Assembly (NCBI GenBank): GCA_030704615.1
Contig: CM060732.1
Location: 35,340,001 to 35,404,000 of the forward strand
Length of the DNA: 64,000 nt
Reading direction: 5' to 3'
Source of the DNA: Takakia lepidozioides
Taxonomy: Eukaryota; Plantae; Bryophyta
The notes under the pieces were generated by a model. It ran no database searches and was not told where the DNA came from. It was given only the letters and a program-made list of their open reading frames with translations. Below are positions 12,259 to 26,859 of the stretch, one piece after another (the first letter of the stretch is position 1; every line of letters begins with the position of its first letter). The position numbers were made by a program, and so were the translations under genes.

Positions 12259-13557
12259 TTATACAACGGCAGCATACGAGGGATTCCAGACGCAGTTGCC
12301 CATAGATGTGTAGCAAGGCTGAAAATGAGGAGCTTTGGTTCCAGAGAAACCCCAGTACTGTGTTAGAGATCTCCAGTTCTTGCCCTTCAAATTAAACCAA
12401 ACCAATGCACCATTCCTTGGGTTATGGAAACATATACATCCTTTGCCAGTTCGGCACTCCCAGTTCAACTTGGCTGGAATGGCTTTGTCATCCTCAAAGA
12501 AGAAGTCATAAAGATCATGTGGCATCTGAGCTACCTCCTCAAAGTTAGACTGAGGACATGTGGTGGGGCATTTTCCAGTCAATTCAAAAATATACACTGT
12601 AAATGGCCGATGTGTTAACCGGGTCACAGCATATAAGGAACTGTTATTCTCTACCACTTTAGGTGGTTGACACCATTTAATCCAGTTGAGGACATATTTC
12701 CAGCTTTCTTTCTGCAGATCAAAGCAGAGGACTCTGGGTTCCCAATTCCCAGCCCATCGTGCCTCCCCTCCAATCCACAACTCATTTCCTTGAATACCAC
12801 ATGTATTAGTGCCTACTGAGAGAGTTTGAGCTGGTCGGAGGCTGTTGGGCAAAGCGCGCCACCCCATCCAGGCATGCCACTTTGAACTGTAAACTGTCAC
12901 AACCATTGCATCTCCTTGTTCGTCCCAACCCAAAATGTAGATAGCATAGTTACCAGTGCAACTGATGACCATGTGACCTACAGGAAACTTCAAAACTGCT
13001 TTCATGGGAGGCAACAACCGCACCTTCTTTGTAAGAGGGTTGCAGACCACAATGACTGGTTGGAGTGGAAAATTGAGCCAGTCCCATTCGGCATGGTTGG
13101 GAACAACATCACGCGACTCCGGTCCATCAACCTGGTAGCGTGGTTGCTCACCTCCCATTACACATAGTAGGCCCCCTGTTCCTGCAAGTATGCAGTTCAC
13201 GTCCTTGGGAAGAAATCCGAGTGCCGGCATATGTGTCCAAGTTTGAGTGTCAATGTTGAAAGCTGACATCCCGCCAGCCCCTCCTTTGTCAAAGAAAGTG
13301 GGGAAATAGGCCTCGGTGCTTCTGTGTATATGTAACAATTTTCTGGGATTTGTCATCACGGCTTCTTTCATATTCTTGCCGCATTTTTGTATCACCCTCA
13401 CTATGTTCAGTATCGGCAACTTCGAGATTATCAAAGCGATCAAATGGGTTGGAAGTTTACTCCATAATTTGGGAGCCAATTCTCGTCTGGTGATCTCATC
13501 AATACCAGCAAAGCGAGAATCTGCTAAATTGCCACAGTGATTATAAGCGCACGACAT
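12259..13557 (-). CDS. Intronless F-box protein with kelch-like/beta-propeller C-terminus (432 aa)
   Basis: F-box-like LWSKLPTHLIALIISKLP; plant F-box-associated motifs LAGTGGLLCV and VVCNPLTKKVRLLPPM; uninterrupted ORF. Confidence 0.85.
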   Translation of the reverse strand: MSCAYNHCGNLADSRFAGIDEITRRELAPKLWSKLPTHLIALIISKLPILNIVRVIQKCGKNMKEAVMTNPRKLLHIHRSTEAYFPTFFDKGGAGGMSAFNIDTQTWTHMPALGFLPKDVNCILAGTGGLLCVMGGEQPRYQVDGPESRDVVPNHAEWDWLNFPLQPVIVVCNPLTKKVRLLPPMKAVLKFPVGHMVISCTGNYAIYILGWDEQGDAMVVTVYSSKWHAWMGWRALPNSLRPAQTLSVGTNTCGIQGNELWIGGEARWAGNWEPRVLCFDLQKESWKYVLNWIKWCQPPKVVENNSSLYAVTRLTHRPFTVYIFELTGKCPTTCPQSNFEEVAQMPHDLYDFFFEDDKAIPAKLNWECRTGKGCICFHNPRNGALVWFNLKGKNWRSLTQYWGFSGTKAPHFQPCYTSMGNCVWNPSYAAVV

Positions 13558-15096
13558 TTAGACTTGGAATCTCAAGCAAAAATATGCTAAGGGTACAAAC
13601 CAAGTAGTCAACACATGAACAAGAAAGCTAGAAAAAGCTTGCCAAAGTGTAGGTCTGTCAGTGATTATAGAGTAGGAAGATCAAGATTCACTCAGTTAAA
13701 TTAGATGTATACTGTCTGATTCCCAGGGGATAGATCTTCCAGACTCACCACTTTTAAAACTTGTGAACTATTCTAATTTGCCAACTCCTATATAACAGAT
13801 TTGGGATGAAACTCAGGAGAAAAGGAAGCTGACAAATCCAGAAGTCCCCAAACAAGCTACAACTATGTATATCATTATCAAAGAACTTAAAAGAACAAGG
13901 GAAAAACATGTCCCCTGTATAGATCTCTAAAGCTTTGGAGAAATTCGCAGAAAGAGTAGGGCTTTGAGCAAAAAGGTAGCCGTAAGGTGGATTCGCTCTT
14001 AATTTGGCCTGCTGGCCCAGCCACAGTCCCCTCTCTCTCTCTTCGGGTTTGAAACATTGCGCTCATATGGAGTTCCAGAGGTGTAGCAACTACCATAACA
14101 AGGGACCACCAGTAGCATGGCTCCTTGGTGCGGGCTTATCGGATCTCGAAACACATAAAAGACAATCCATATGCGACCCAAAAAGAAAAAGAAAAAGAAA
14201 GAGAAAAAAATTTCATTGTCTAGATCATCCTCAATATCCTCAAGGCCTGGACGGTGGTGATTGTGGATCGGATAATAATGTTTATAAGTGTAAGTTGAGA
14301 AAACAAGTTGTGGTAGACAAGTTGTGGTTTGGAAGGCCTGCCCGAGATGCAGCCAACTAGTCTCCCTCCTTTGAGAATCAGCCTGGAGGAATTGAGTGAG
14401 CAATGCATGTCTCGCTGTGGGCTTCGCAGAAAAGCTGGGAAACAATGCTGCTAAGCACGTGGTTGCGAAGGCCGACAGACTGCTGCTGTTGCAGAACCAG
14501 AAGGTTTTCAGGTTCTCCTGTCGGCCCTGTTACGTGTATCCGGAATTTCACCGATTCAATAATGCTGAAGGGCCCCGCAATTAAGTCTTTCCTCTGCAGG
14601 TGTAACCTTGAAAAGTTGTTTCTGGTCTAATCCTTTTCGATAGGCAGATAATATTCAGTCGAAGATTTTGAGAAGTATGGTGGCTGTAGTGAAGTCATAT
14701 TGATTTGTGTCAAGGTAGTGACATGAGGTGATACTGCCAATGCCGAATGGAAGATGTGTCACATCCTCGTCGTTTCAGTTACACAGGTTGATCTCTTTTT
14801 CGGACAAAACAATGTGTATAAGCTTGTCCCCTAACCTCTAGGTTGTGTCTTTCTCTATTTCCTGCAGGGGTGTTCCAACGAACGAGCCAACCAAGAGCAA
14901 GCAACGAGTGAAGTCAACCAACGAGCGGGTGGGATATAGGAGGAGAGAAGTCGGGTTTGAGACTGGAGTCATGCATAGACATACTGAATTGAGGCTAACT
15001 TTGTTCCACTCAGGTATAGGGTGGGGTTTTGACTTCGAAGGACCCAACAATTTGAATTATTTCACCAGATGATCCCTTTTTTACTTCTATGTGGAG

Positions 15097-15162
15097 GTCA
15101 CTGCAGTTCCCACAAAGCGAATCGATGGCCAGAAGACTGGAGCTAGTGGACTCCGCAAGAAA
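15097..15162 (+). pseudogene. PGM: Isolated phosphoglucomutase N-terminal exon (VTAVPTKRIDGQKTGASGLRKK)
   Basis: Matches the conserved PGM motif PTKPIEGQKTGTSGLRKK and is followed by a GTAAGT donor. Weak GAG acceptor; no further PGM exons recognised. Confidence 0.6.
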
Positions 15163-15930
15163 GTAAGTGTTTCTTCAATAGTCTTTGGTTTGCTGAATCT
15201 TACAAAAGTCTGGAATTACTCCGAGGGGGTTGTGGAGTTCTTGCCATCGGTTTGTAGATGATCTTTCTTGCCTACTTTCCTTGCATCCATTGTCTGGTTT
15301 GCTTTCTGGTCAGCTCTGCTGCTGTCAATGCTTAAACCCACTGTGAGCCAGGCTTGCAAAAAGTTACTTAGAAATGATTGTAAGATTGGGTCAATATCTT
15401 GGGAAGCAAGTCCAAATATTATTCAAAGCATGAGGGAAAGACGCAGAAAACTGTATTTGAAACAACAGTTTTGCAACCATCTGCCAAGGCATTTGTCAGT
15501 ATACGACACAACAATATCTAATCAAGCAGACATCTCGTTGAACCTGTTGTTAAATACCTGATTGTTTTCGACATAAAGAAATAAACTGTATGAAGGGAAG
15601 GCCTCACTTCAGAATATGCTATACTCCAATCTCTCATCATCTAAAACACAGTATTTGGAGCTTTACTCTGTTTGCTCTTTATTCTAGAGTGACCTAAACA
15701 TTGTGAATAAACAGATAAATGGTTCATGGTTTGATCATGCATGGACAACTGCTGGAGCAGCCTGGGCCTTGTCATCGTTGTGGTTACTGGGCACAAATTC
15801 CCTTGGCAGTTAGTCAAGTATGTGTTGCAGGATGGTTGAACCAACTAACAAGCACTGGTTTCTTGGAAACCATCCTTGAACTCTCCACCATGTGCTGGGA
15901 TCCCATGGTAGCCTTTACATTGAAGTCAAC

Positions 15931-15967
15931 GTGTGTGTGTGTGTGTGTGTGTATGTGTGTGTGTGTG
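15931..15967. repeat. (GT)n microsatellite
   Basis: Direct reading. Confidence 0.95.
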
Positions 15968-17755
15968 AGCGAGAGGGAGGTCTCCACCAGAATCTCCAAG
16001 CATCAAGGGTGCACACCAAAGCAAGAGCTCTTCCCGGTGCTCTGGTAGTGCCATTCCCTGCAAACGTTGGCTAGCCTTACGGCCATCGACCCTGTGGGAA
16101 GCTAACCCTCCTGGAGCCTTTTGTGGGATTTGCACCCACCAGGGTTTAGCTTATCCCCACAACATTTCTGCAGGTATAAACTTATTTTCCTGCAACTGCC
16201 ATTAAGGTGCTCACAGAGGCACTTGCCTGCATGCAAACTCAACAGCCCTGCAGAGTTATTGATTTTAGTTTTATAGCCTAGGTTTACCACAGAAATGACA
16301 TGCTTGGGGATGTGCAGGGCACAGGAGGGTTCCGCCCGTCACTCTGGGCTGACTGTCATTATCAATATACAAAACTAGGCGCTACATTCTAAACTACATT
16401 CTAACGTGAAAAATACACCCGTTGATTCTTGCAATTAGACATCAAGGATGGTTGAACCTTTATCAATCATCACAGCGCACGTCCGTGGCAGTATCCATAG
16501 CCAAAGTCTCGACAGATTTCACAATGACCTTGGATTCCCTCAACATACATTCACTGATTGGAAGCTATACATCCCTCTACCATTTGACCTCTAAACATAA
16601 GCTGAAAAACAAGTATTTTTCGAAAAATAGTTGTACAGGATCTTGGAATGTCCAAATTCACCTATGAGCCAACCCTCCTTTCAGAATAGAAAGAAAACCA
16701 TGTGTCATAAGAGATTGCCACCGCATGCCATGCAATTTCCCTACGTGATGATAGAGGGTTTAATTCGACCAGTGAATTCTCGCAATTGAGAGAGAGAGTG
16801 CAATGGCATGGAGATACAACACAAAGCCACAAAGAAAATGAGTGAGTAAAATCAGGAGTAAGCTCAATAGTTGCCTGGGATCCTTCGGTAGGGGCCCCTG
16901 TCAAATCCTCTCCACCCCCTCTCACTTGGGGCTCACTATTAAAGATTTTAGAATGTTGATGGTTGTCATAAGAAGCCAGAGAATTCAAACCCCCAAGTGT
17001 CCACTAATTCCTGACAAACCAGCAGAAAGACATATCTCATCACTTTTGACACATACAAATATTCCATGCCAGGAACAGATGTTCAAAGAGCAAGGTCATC
17101 CTCCAAACTGGAGACTCTGATTACTTTGAGTTAAGTGGCAGGTGCACCAACACTTGACACTGGATCCTTGAAAAGGCCAATTGAATTGAGTTTGGGCCCA
17201 CTGTTAAGCACAAAGGAAATGAAAGCTCACCATACTTCCAGTGGTACTGTTGCGTATGATCCCCCCGAAGATGCTCCACCACCTTATTCACACCACTGGA
17301 TTCACATTCCTGTGGTCAAGCATGCTGCTAGAGCCATCACCATGTGGTGGTGCTATGCTGATAACTCTAGCAGCAGCATACATCAATCTGAAAATTAGTG
17401 TGGATATATTGTGGCACTCGCTTTTCACTATTCACTCAACCGCCTCACAAGTGAAACAGTTCATACAGAGTTTTCAATCTTAGATTTAAAATGCTGTCAC
17501 CCAATCACATTATGACAGCACATTGGCAGGTACTACAGAATTGACGCAACGCCCAACCATTCTCCAAATTTATTTAAAATGGTTAAGATCTAGACCTGTG
17601 TGTGCTTTTGAGAGATGAACTGCACTATCATGAAGCACATCTGAAGGTCAAGTCTAACATTTGGCACTCCAGGCTCAGGTACAATGATTTATGAAAATCC
17701 AACAATGATTACAAACTCACCTCCTAGTCATACCGAAGGAAAAAGTTGCAGCCTA

Positions 17756-18822
<1,067 letters not shown>

Positions 18823-20423
18823 CTTCCATCCTGTGGCACATGTAGACAAGAGGACCCATACGAAATCCTTGGAAACTAAGGACCTAGTCAAATGAATGGA
18901 CAAGTCCATGAAGTTTACTGGCCAAATTTCTCCTTGGAAAAGTATGCTCCAATCCTAACGCTGTTGAAAAGAGTTAACAAGGCATAGGATGTCAGCAAGC
19001 ACTGACACAAGCCACATTGTTGCCATGAAGTACTTGGTAGCTATTTATTACAAATGCAAAACTAAACCCCTACACCCTTGTGGGTACAGAACCCCACCTT
19101 TTCCTTGCCTGCCCTTAGAGCTGCACCACAAATAATTTGCAGGCTACTCACCTTCAGCTAATTCTACAGCATACTAGCACAATCCACCATGTGGGTTCAC
19201 GGTCTTAGAGGCTCTGGCTTGTGTCACTTCAAGCTTTCCCTTGACAGATGACAATTGGGTTGAACCACAATGCAAAGAGCCCAGGTGACGCTTTGGAGAA
19301 GCCACTTGGCTTTTCCCTCTGCTTTTTATTTCATTGAAGTACTCCAGGGTTATACAACTGGAGAATGTTTTCCTAATCCCCAGCTATGTTGCTTGTGCCC
19401 CAGTGAGCAAACATTTCGAAAGTTTTGCATTTCCAATGGGTTCACATTTTAGTTTTGCCTAAGCTTCTTGTAAAAACATTCTTGGAATTTTTGGTATATC
19501 CTCTTATGCGCGCGTGGGCGTGAGCATGCGCACATGTTATCCAACCTCCAGGAAAAATAACTGGCTTTTGCTTAGTTCATTGTTAGGATGGGCCAACCAA
19601 TTCGAACTAGGTGATTTTGAATACTATCGAAAAAGAGCAAGATGTGTGCTAAATACATAGGACTCGCAATAGATAGCATAGTCCAAGCAAACCCACTCAA
19701 AATCTTGACTAAACTGTGTAAACAAAGACTCATGGAGGGTCAGTTGCTCAGGCTTCAACACGTTTATGGCTAAGTGCCACCTGCAATTATGGGTTCAAAT
19801 CCTGCTAGTACCCTGTGCGCGGGTCTCATGTTTTCGACTTCTTTTTGGATCTGGGTCTGGTATTTTCATTGAGGGTGGGGGGGAGAGGACTGAGCAGTAC
19901 ACATGATGCAAGGATTTGAGAATTCACCCCAGTACAGGTTATCAAACAAGAGCCATTTTATGCCGCGGGGAGGCGGGCTGCGTAGGCCTTAAATAAAATG
20001 CCGGTCATGTAGGCCGTGGGCCTATTTCCACGTGCCCTGTCCTGTTAAAATAATTAATTTATTACCTAATAGATAAACATATGATATTTATTGAATTAAA
20101 ATACAATCAATGGTTTTTATACTAGTTAACAGCAATTGAGAGCCTGTGTATAACCGCCAGTTATCATCCAAGAAATAACCGGATGTATTGATAATCGGCA
20201 AGGGGTGAAAGAAAATCCGTTATTGATAACCCGCAGGTCACTACAATTTGTAAAATCCCAAATAATAAGCGGAGCCACAGGTTATTAAAAAACAAACTAA
20301 GTATAAAACGGGAGGAACCGCCAGTTATGAATTTTCCAACACTGCATCCACTTCCGACCCAGCCTAGGAAACCCATATATGACATTTGAGACCATCTTGC
20401 ATAGATTATTATTGATGTGACAA

Positions 20424-20590
20424 CCCAGTTGTAGCCCAGTGGGTAATGGGCACATACCACCTCAAAAGTGGTTGTGGTTTTCAATCCACCATTGGTATCA
20501 CAAAGGTGTCCAACTGGCGAGCAGTAGCCCTTCCGGGTAAAGAGACACCATACTTTACGCTTTCTTGGGGACAGCGGCTTCACCGCTTAT
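20424..20590 (+). mobile_element. tRNA-derived SINE-like copy 1
   Basis: A-box-like TAGCCCAGTGG and a degenerate B box; colinear similarity with the copy at 21154. Confidence 0.55.
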
Positions 20591-21153
20591 TCCTCCACAT
20601 GTGCCGATATGTATTTGAAAACTGTGGTCTTGTGGGGGATGTAGGTCAAAGTATTATCGACAAAGGCACTTTTCATTCCTACATGAATGGCCACATGTCG
20701 GTGCATCACTGGTGCCATAGAATAGAGAAAGATGATGCCAACCGAAATTACAGGAAACAAATGCATGGAATTCATGCAAGCCATGCCGTATAGTAATTAT
20801 GAATAGGTAGTAAAAATCTGGAAGATCACATAATTAGTCTAAATATCAAGGTAACAGGATTTGAGCCCTGAATCACCCAGGTGGCACGCACGGTAATATC
20901 CAATGGACTTTCATTTATGGCATGCACAAGAAGTTGAACGGATGTCATTCATTAAAAGAAAGAATATTCTCTTGACAACTGTCTCGATCGAATTGGAAGT
21001 CTAATCGAAAATATCGGTGCTAAAGCAACTGAAACCATTGCGTAGTCCTGCTGTAGGAAGGTAGGGCCAACAAAAACTTTTTCCTCAACTGCAACCATGG
21101 TCCAACGCGCCCAAGCTATACGCTTGAGCTTGCTAGTATGCTACTACACCAAC

Positions 21154-21337
21154 AACCAGCATGTAGCCAAGTGGTAATGGGCACATACCACGTTGGATGT
21201 GGTTGTGGGTTCAAACCACGGTCTGGTGTGTCATGAAGGTGTCCACCTTTCAACTGGAAGGCTGTAGCTGTTGTGGTAAGAGACACCATAATTTATGCTC
21301 CCTTCCGGAGGCGTCCATATATATATATTTATATATT
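21154..21337 (+). mobile_element. tRNA-derived SINE-like copy 2
   Basis: A box TAGCCAAGTGG, B box GGTTCAAACC, (TA)n tail, imperfect flanking duplication TGCTA(C/T)TACACCA. Confidence 0.65.
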
Positions 21338-24300
21338 TGCTATTACACCACCACCGATCCTACCGGTAGTCTCTTCAGTTCAGGGCGTTACTGCCTATGC
21401 TTTCCTCAACCACGGCTTCGGATAGGGGCTTAGCAACCCTAGTTTTCTCTCTTCTCCTTTAAGTGGTGAGCACGATCTAGCACACGCGCGCCTGTCGCAA
21501 GCAGAACGAATTAAATCCTCGAGAAAACACTACTTTTGGTTTGTTCTACCGGAACTACCATGGGAACTTGTTCCCAACATCACAATCAGACAGTAACCCC
21601 TAATGGACGAGGCGACCGCCTCAGGGTGGCTACAAAATTCATCCAGGATGTAACTTCGTCGGATGACCTTGGATGAAAAAAATTCTGAACGAAAGTTGTG
21701 CGCCTTGATGTCAGGCACCTGTCTGTCTTCATAGCACCCTAAAAGAATAAATTTCCTGCCGTCAGTGATTTTCTTAGTGTGCAGGGTACCCAAAATTGGG
21801 TGGTTCAAGGCCCTCCAGCACCTTTGACCTGGTGACATGGCAGGCTAAAGGGTGAGGGGGCGATCAAAAGCCGGCGATTGGCTTACACATGGGGCTGCAT
21901 GTCCGCCCGTGCGGACACACCCAGGCACCCGAAATAATGATGATGACGGGCCCGGCAGGTGGCGGGAAGGGGGGGGTGGGGATCTTCCCGAGCACTGTCT
22001 CCAACCTTCCTTGCACTTTGCTTACGGGCATTTCTCTCGATTGTCGTTGCTTTGTGTTTTTGATGCGCTTCTTTTTGCTATTTGTTGCATGCAAGTGATT
22101 CGCAGGGGGGGGGCTTCTTTGTGTGCTCATTATGAGCGCAGCTCGAGCTGCACAGCCACACATTTTCCATGTAGGAAACCGGCGGGAGCTGTTCCATTTT
22201 GCGAAATATGGCCTTGGAACTTGATCTTCTTGCTTTATGTGCATTGACGATGCTGGTAGGGGTGAATTTGGAGGCGTTGCTGCTTTACTGTCTGTCGTCA
22301 CAGATGCTAATGCACGCTGTTTTTGTGTGTGTCCATGTGTGCTGCATTTCTGTATCTTCATCTCGCTGGTTTTCTACATAGGCTTCCATTCATTGGGCTG
22401 ATCAGTTGGGGTGATCTGTGTGGGGGTTAGGGAATGGATGGCGATGAGGTTGAAGTGGTGGGCTTCACACGGTAATTTGTTTGCCAACTCTAATTCTGAA
22501 AACTCCCTTGTAAAATATTTTAGATTCAACTAATCTTCCATTATCTGCTAATGTGATTAACTTCTTCAATGCTTTGATCATAGGGACCCAATTTGAAAAC
22601 AATGGTTACTGGCGTGGAGATGTTCAAGAAACAACTATATCAGGGTCAGGTATCTGTTTTTCACGTTGTTTGCAGCTATGGATACTTACAACTGCTGTTC
22701 TCACATAGGTCTTGGGAGTTAAAAGGCTGAATCAGCCTCAATTTGACAAGAGCCTGATGAATCTGCGTCTGATGTTTGATCTGTAGGTGCCACAGTCTGT
22801 GCAGACGATAATATTTATGTCCAATTTCTATGGGTATCCCTGGAGATGCAAGCATTCAATAAGCTACTGGTGCCACAGACCCCTAACATGATGGAAATAT
22901 TCCTTGTACAGAGGGTGCCAGAGGGCTTTTCCAAGAAAGGCAGACATCTAGAAAGACGTCATTTTTGTATTAAATGAAATAATGTATTTGTGTGTTTATT
23001 CACTCACTTGATTATATGGCACCCTTGTTTGAACAGTCTCATCTTGTGTGATCCTGTAGTCAGCCACTTACTCTGTTGATGGGTAGGTGAAGTGGCATCA
23101 TACTCTATGCCTCCTTTGGCAGGAGTCAACTTTTCTTTTTGCTTGAGGTTGGGTGTTACTAAAAGCAACAACTGTCCATTTTTATGTTCCTTCGATTGCT
23201 TTTCCAAATCAGGTTTATTATGTGTTATATATGTTTCTATACAGGGCAACGATTTGCACTCCGGGAGGGAGGTTGAACAGTGGGTGCTGGGGTGGTCTCC
23301 AAGCTTCTGGGCTGATGTCACTTCAGCCATATGCTTCCAGTAATAGCCCTACTTAGGCTCAGTTCTGCGCATCTCAACTGAGCAGTCAGTTCATCTGACC
23401 TGAGAGCTGGATAGTCCAATACACACACAACTTCTCCATCCCAGGCGTTGTTACCGTTGCAGCTTCTACTATGTAGCTCCACATGTGTTGTCGTCCCCTG
23501 GAAATTTTGATCACAGTAGTAACTGTCAAATTAGTGACAATATCCAGCAGAGACACCACTTGTCCTGCATGGTCATGCAGACAAATCATAAACCAGCTAT
23601 TTGCAGTGAATTTCAGGCCAAGCACCGTTTAGTCCATCTTCATTTACGAGAGAGAGCTAGGGTTTTCAGTATCTTTTGTCACTTGTCTTGGACCTCCACA
23701 TACAAATAAACGGGGGTGAGATCAACAACTAGCTTCACCCCGGAGTGTTCCTTTTTGTGAGAGAGACATGTCCTGTAGACAACAGAAGAGAAAAGAACAA
23801 GCTTTGAAGCGATAGGGATATGCATATAACGTGTACAAATTCATGCATATCGCAGGCAGTCGTGATATTGGAAGAGAGCTCAGACGGTTGGCAGTTGGGC
23901 GGTTGGTTACTTATAGGTTCGCACGATGAAAGAAAGGGCATGCCTTCATGTCGGGTGCTGAGTTTCGGGTGCCCGTCAATTCCCCATAAATCGATGACGT
24001 ATCCTGATTTTTTGGGCCAGAATCCTCTGCCGGCTCAGGCATGAGTTCCCCGGAATTTGGATTCAAGTAGAAATTGGCCCAAATGGAAATCTATGCATGT
24101 AGATTGGTTAGAATGCTTCCAATTTTTATTATGGTAGTGAGTTTCCACGCAAGGAACAATATGACCAGAGGAATTGACATTGTGATTAAAATTTGGACAC
24201 ATTTGAGGCAGATTTGGGGTCAATTGTAATGGAGACCGTTTTCGACCCATCAATTTTCCCATACAAAGCAACCCTCATGTGGTTTTGGAATTTGGTTCTG

Positions 24301-26540
24301 GAATTTTGGCCCAAGGTGCTCTACATGCCAGGCAATTAGAATTTGGGTATGTTGTATCAATGAAATATCATTTTGCCAGGCCAATTGCTTGGTCAAACCA
24401 TTTTGTCACTCCAAAACTAGAGCAAAGTAAATATTTACAGCTTGCATTTTTGTTATAATTTTTGTAATGACACGGTGAAATCACTTGAAATTTTTACGGT
24501 AGGTTCCTCAAGTAGGTAGGATTACTTTCATACAGTTCATCCCCCTTGGATGTTTGTCAAATGTGAGATATGCCCTCAAACATGAGGGCATATTCTGTTT
24601 TGGAATGGGCCCACCAAAAACAGGCTCGTCCATTAGGGGTTAAGGATTTACAAAGTCCACCCACTGTTCAGCCACCAGCCCAATGAACAACTTGTGAATG
24701 TCGTTTTGAGGCTATTCTGGTGGGATCGCAAATTCTACATGGACCATCCCACCACAATGGGCCCATTCCAAGCGTGTATAGTGCTGAAATACAGTTCCAT
24801 GACTTAAAAAGCTACTAACATACGTTGAAAAACTCAGCATCCTCTTGGCATCAGCCCTTTACAGATGGTTGAAGGCCTTGGCAAGGCACAAGAAGGAGTG
24901 AAATTTTTAAAAATGATGTATTATAAAACTGTTTTTTTAAAGAACTTGTCCGCAAATTATATGCATATCGTCCTCTTGCACTGCCCACCTGCCAATTTCC
25001 AGGGCAATTAGCTCCAGATCCAAAAAAAAAAGAAAAAAAGAAACACCCCCAGAGAATGTTGGGCCCATTGGAAAAACATATCATTTTTTGGCAATTTTTT
25101 ATAAGATTTAAGTGACGGGATCAACTCGGATTGAGGTGAGATTAGTAACACTTCATCCCCTTGGTATTACTCTTCCAACAAGTCGAAAACAATCCAATTT
25201 GGCCGACACATGTAGTGCTGCCACTTGGTCAAACCTAGGCAAATCCCTTAACAATAACCCTCTCACACACACACACACACGTGTGAAAAAAATTTAGCAT
25301 GAAAATACATAACTATCTTCACCAAAACCTGACCCCTTCATCTTCACTTTAACTCGAAATTAAGGCAATCAGTTGCCCAACCTGCATGTGTATGACGGGC
25401 CTAGGGGGTGCACTCTTCATAAACTGTGCATATCACGTGCGTTCGCCGCCTAATAAAAAAAACCCCCTGTATACGGGTACTTGGATAATTTATACCCCCT
25501 CTGTACATACTTTTTGAAAATTATAAAACCCCCTCCTGTAAATATACAAAAAAAATATATAATTTAAAAAAATACCCCCTTATGTATGTGTATTCCCCTT
25601 TTTAATCATTAAAAATACCCTCCAATATGTATATGTATGTTTTTATATTATATCAAATTTATTCATTTAAAACAAAATAACATCTACTAAAATAAATAAA
25701 TTTATTTATTTGCCTTTGATAAAATTGTCAAAGACTTTCCGGTCATTTGCATCAAGTACATATGTGTTTGACTTGACATTGTACTTTAAACATATGCGAT
25801 AATGGTCAACCATCATGTTAGCCGTCAAATCGTACGTATAGACCCCTCCTCAAACCTTTTGGTATCATGCTAACCCATGAGATTTAGCTCATCACCTAGA
25901 ATTTTTGCTCGGATGCATTTGTATGTGACACATTGCATAATGAACACAAAACCAAGCATGTTCTGTGATGCATCTCCTCGTGACTTTTACTTCCAACTCT
26001 TCTTCTATGATGAGTTCACCGGCAAAATGCAATGAAAGCATTTCAAATCATACCTTAATATGTCAATGACAGGGCACCCGGGTTGGAAGGTTCCAAAATT
26101 CTGTTTTTTACAGCCCTATAGGCTGTCCAAGCAAGGACTACGCTGATAAGAGGATGAAATGTGTACAGAAGCAAGTACTTCATTGATTAGTCTGGCGCTG
26201 CTAATTCCTGCTGCTGCTATTAACCAAGTGCTGCTACTTCCACTGCTGGTAGCCCTCTTGGGTGATCCTGAACCCACATTCCATCCCTGCATCAGCAGCT
26301 AGCCCTTCATCCACACTAACAAATTTGAATATAAGTTTTGTCAAACCCCCTTATACGATGTTGCATGAAGAAAGCTCACATTGTTGACGATGTTGTCCCA
26401 CCGTTAGCTATGGAAAATATTTATAGAACTGCCAGCGCTGTTCCATCCTCCAAATCTGGCCTTTTGGATGATTCTGCACCCACAATCCTCTTCTTGCATC
26501 AACAACTAGCTCTTCCTCCACACTAACAATGCATACATCA

Positions 26541-26859
26541 TGTCACGGACATAGCCCAGATGAACTTACAAGGAGTAAATACCAGTGGTTACCAAATTAC
26601 CATATTATCAAAAGTTATCATGATCTATCATGATTTATCACAAGTTATCATTAGTTACCAAGTTATCGGGAGTTTACCAAATTACCGAGAGTAACTTGGG
26701 AAACTACTCAGGAAGCTTTCTTTTGAGGAAACTTCTCTATCAAGATACCTCATTTGTTCAAGAAAACTTCTCCATCAAGATACCTCCTTTGTTTAAGGAA
26801 ATTTCTCCATCAAGAAACCGCCTCTGGGGAAGCCTTTTAGGGAACCTCTTAGTAGCCAA
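26541..26859 (+). mobile_element. U3 half of a Tcn1-family LTR, inverted relative to element A
   Basis: Begins TGTCACGGACATAGCCCAGA, the reverse complement of the LTR end at 27443. Stops just before the position of the TATA box. Confidence 0.85.

Noticed and set aside
21154-21230. Functional tRNA gene
   Set aside because: A and B boxes are present but I could not fold a convincing cloverleaf or anticodon arm, and the sequence continues into a SINE-like body and tail.
22381-23340. Series of AG...GT-bounded exon-like segments
   Set aside because: Could not be assembled into an open, recognisable protein.
24030-24643. Possible piggyBac-like end (GGGGTTAA)
   Set aside because: No matching TTAACCCC left end or transposase found.
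25400-25870. AT-rich region with repeated ACCCCC motifs as a MITE
   Set aside because: No convincing TIR pair or TSD could be defined by eye.
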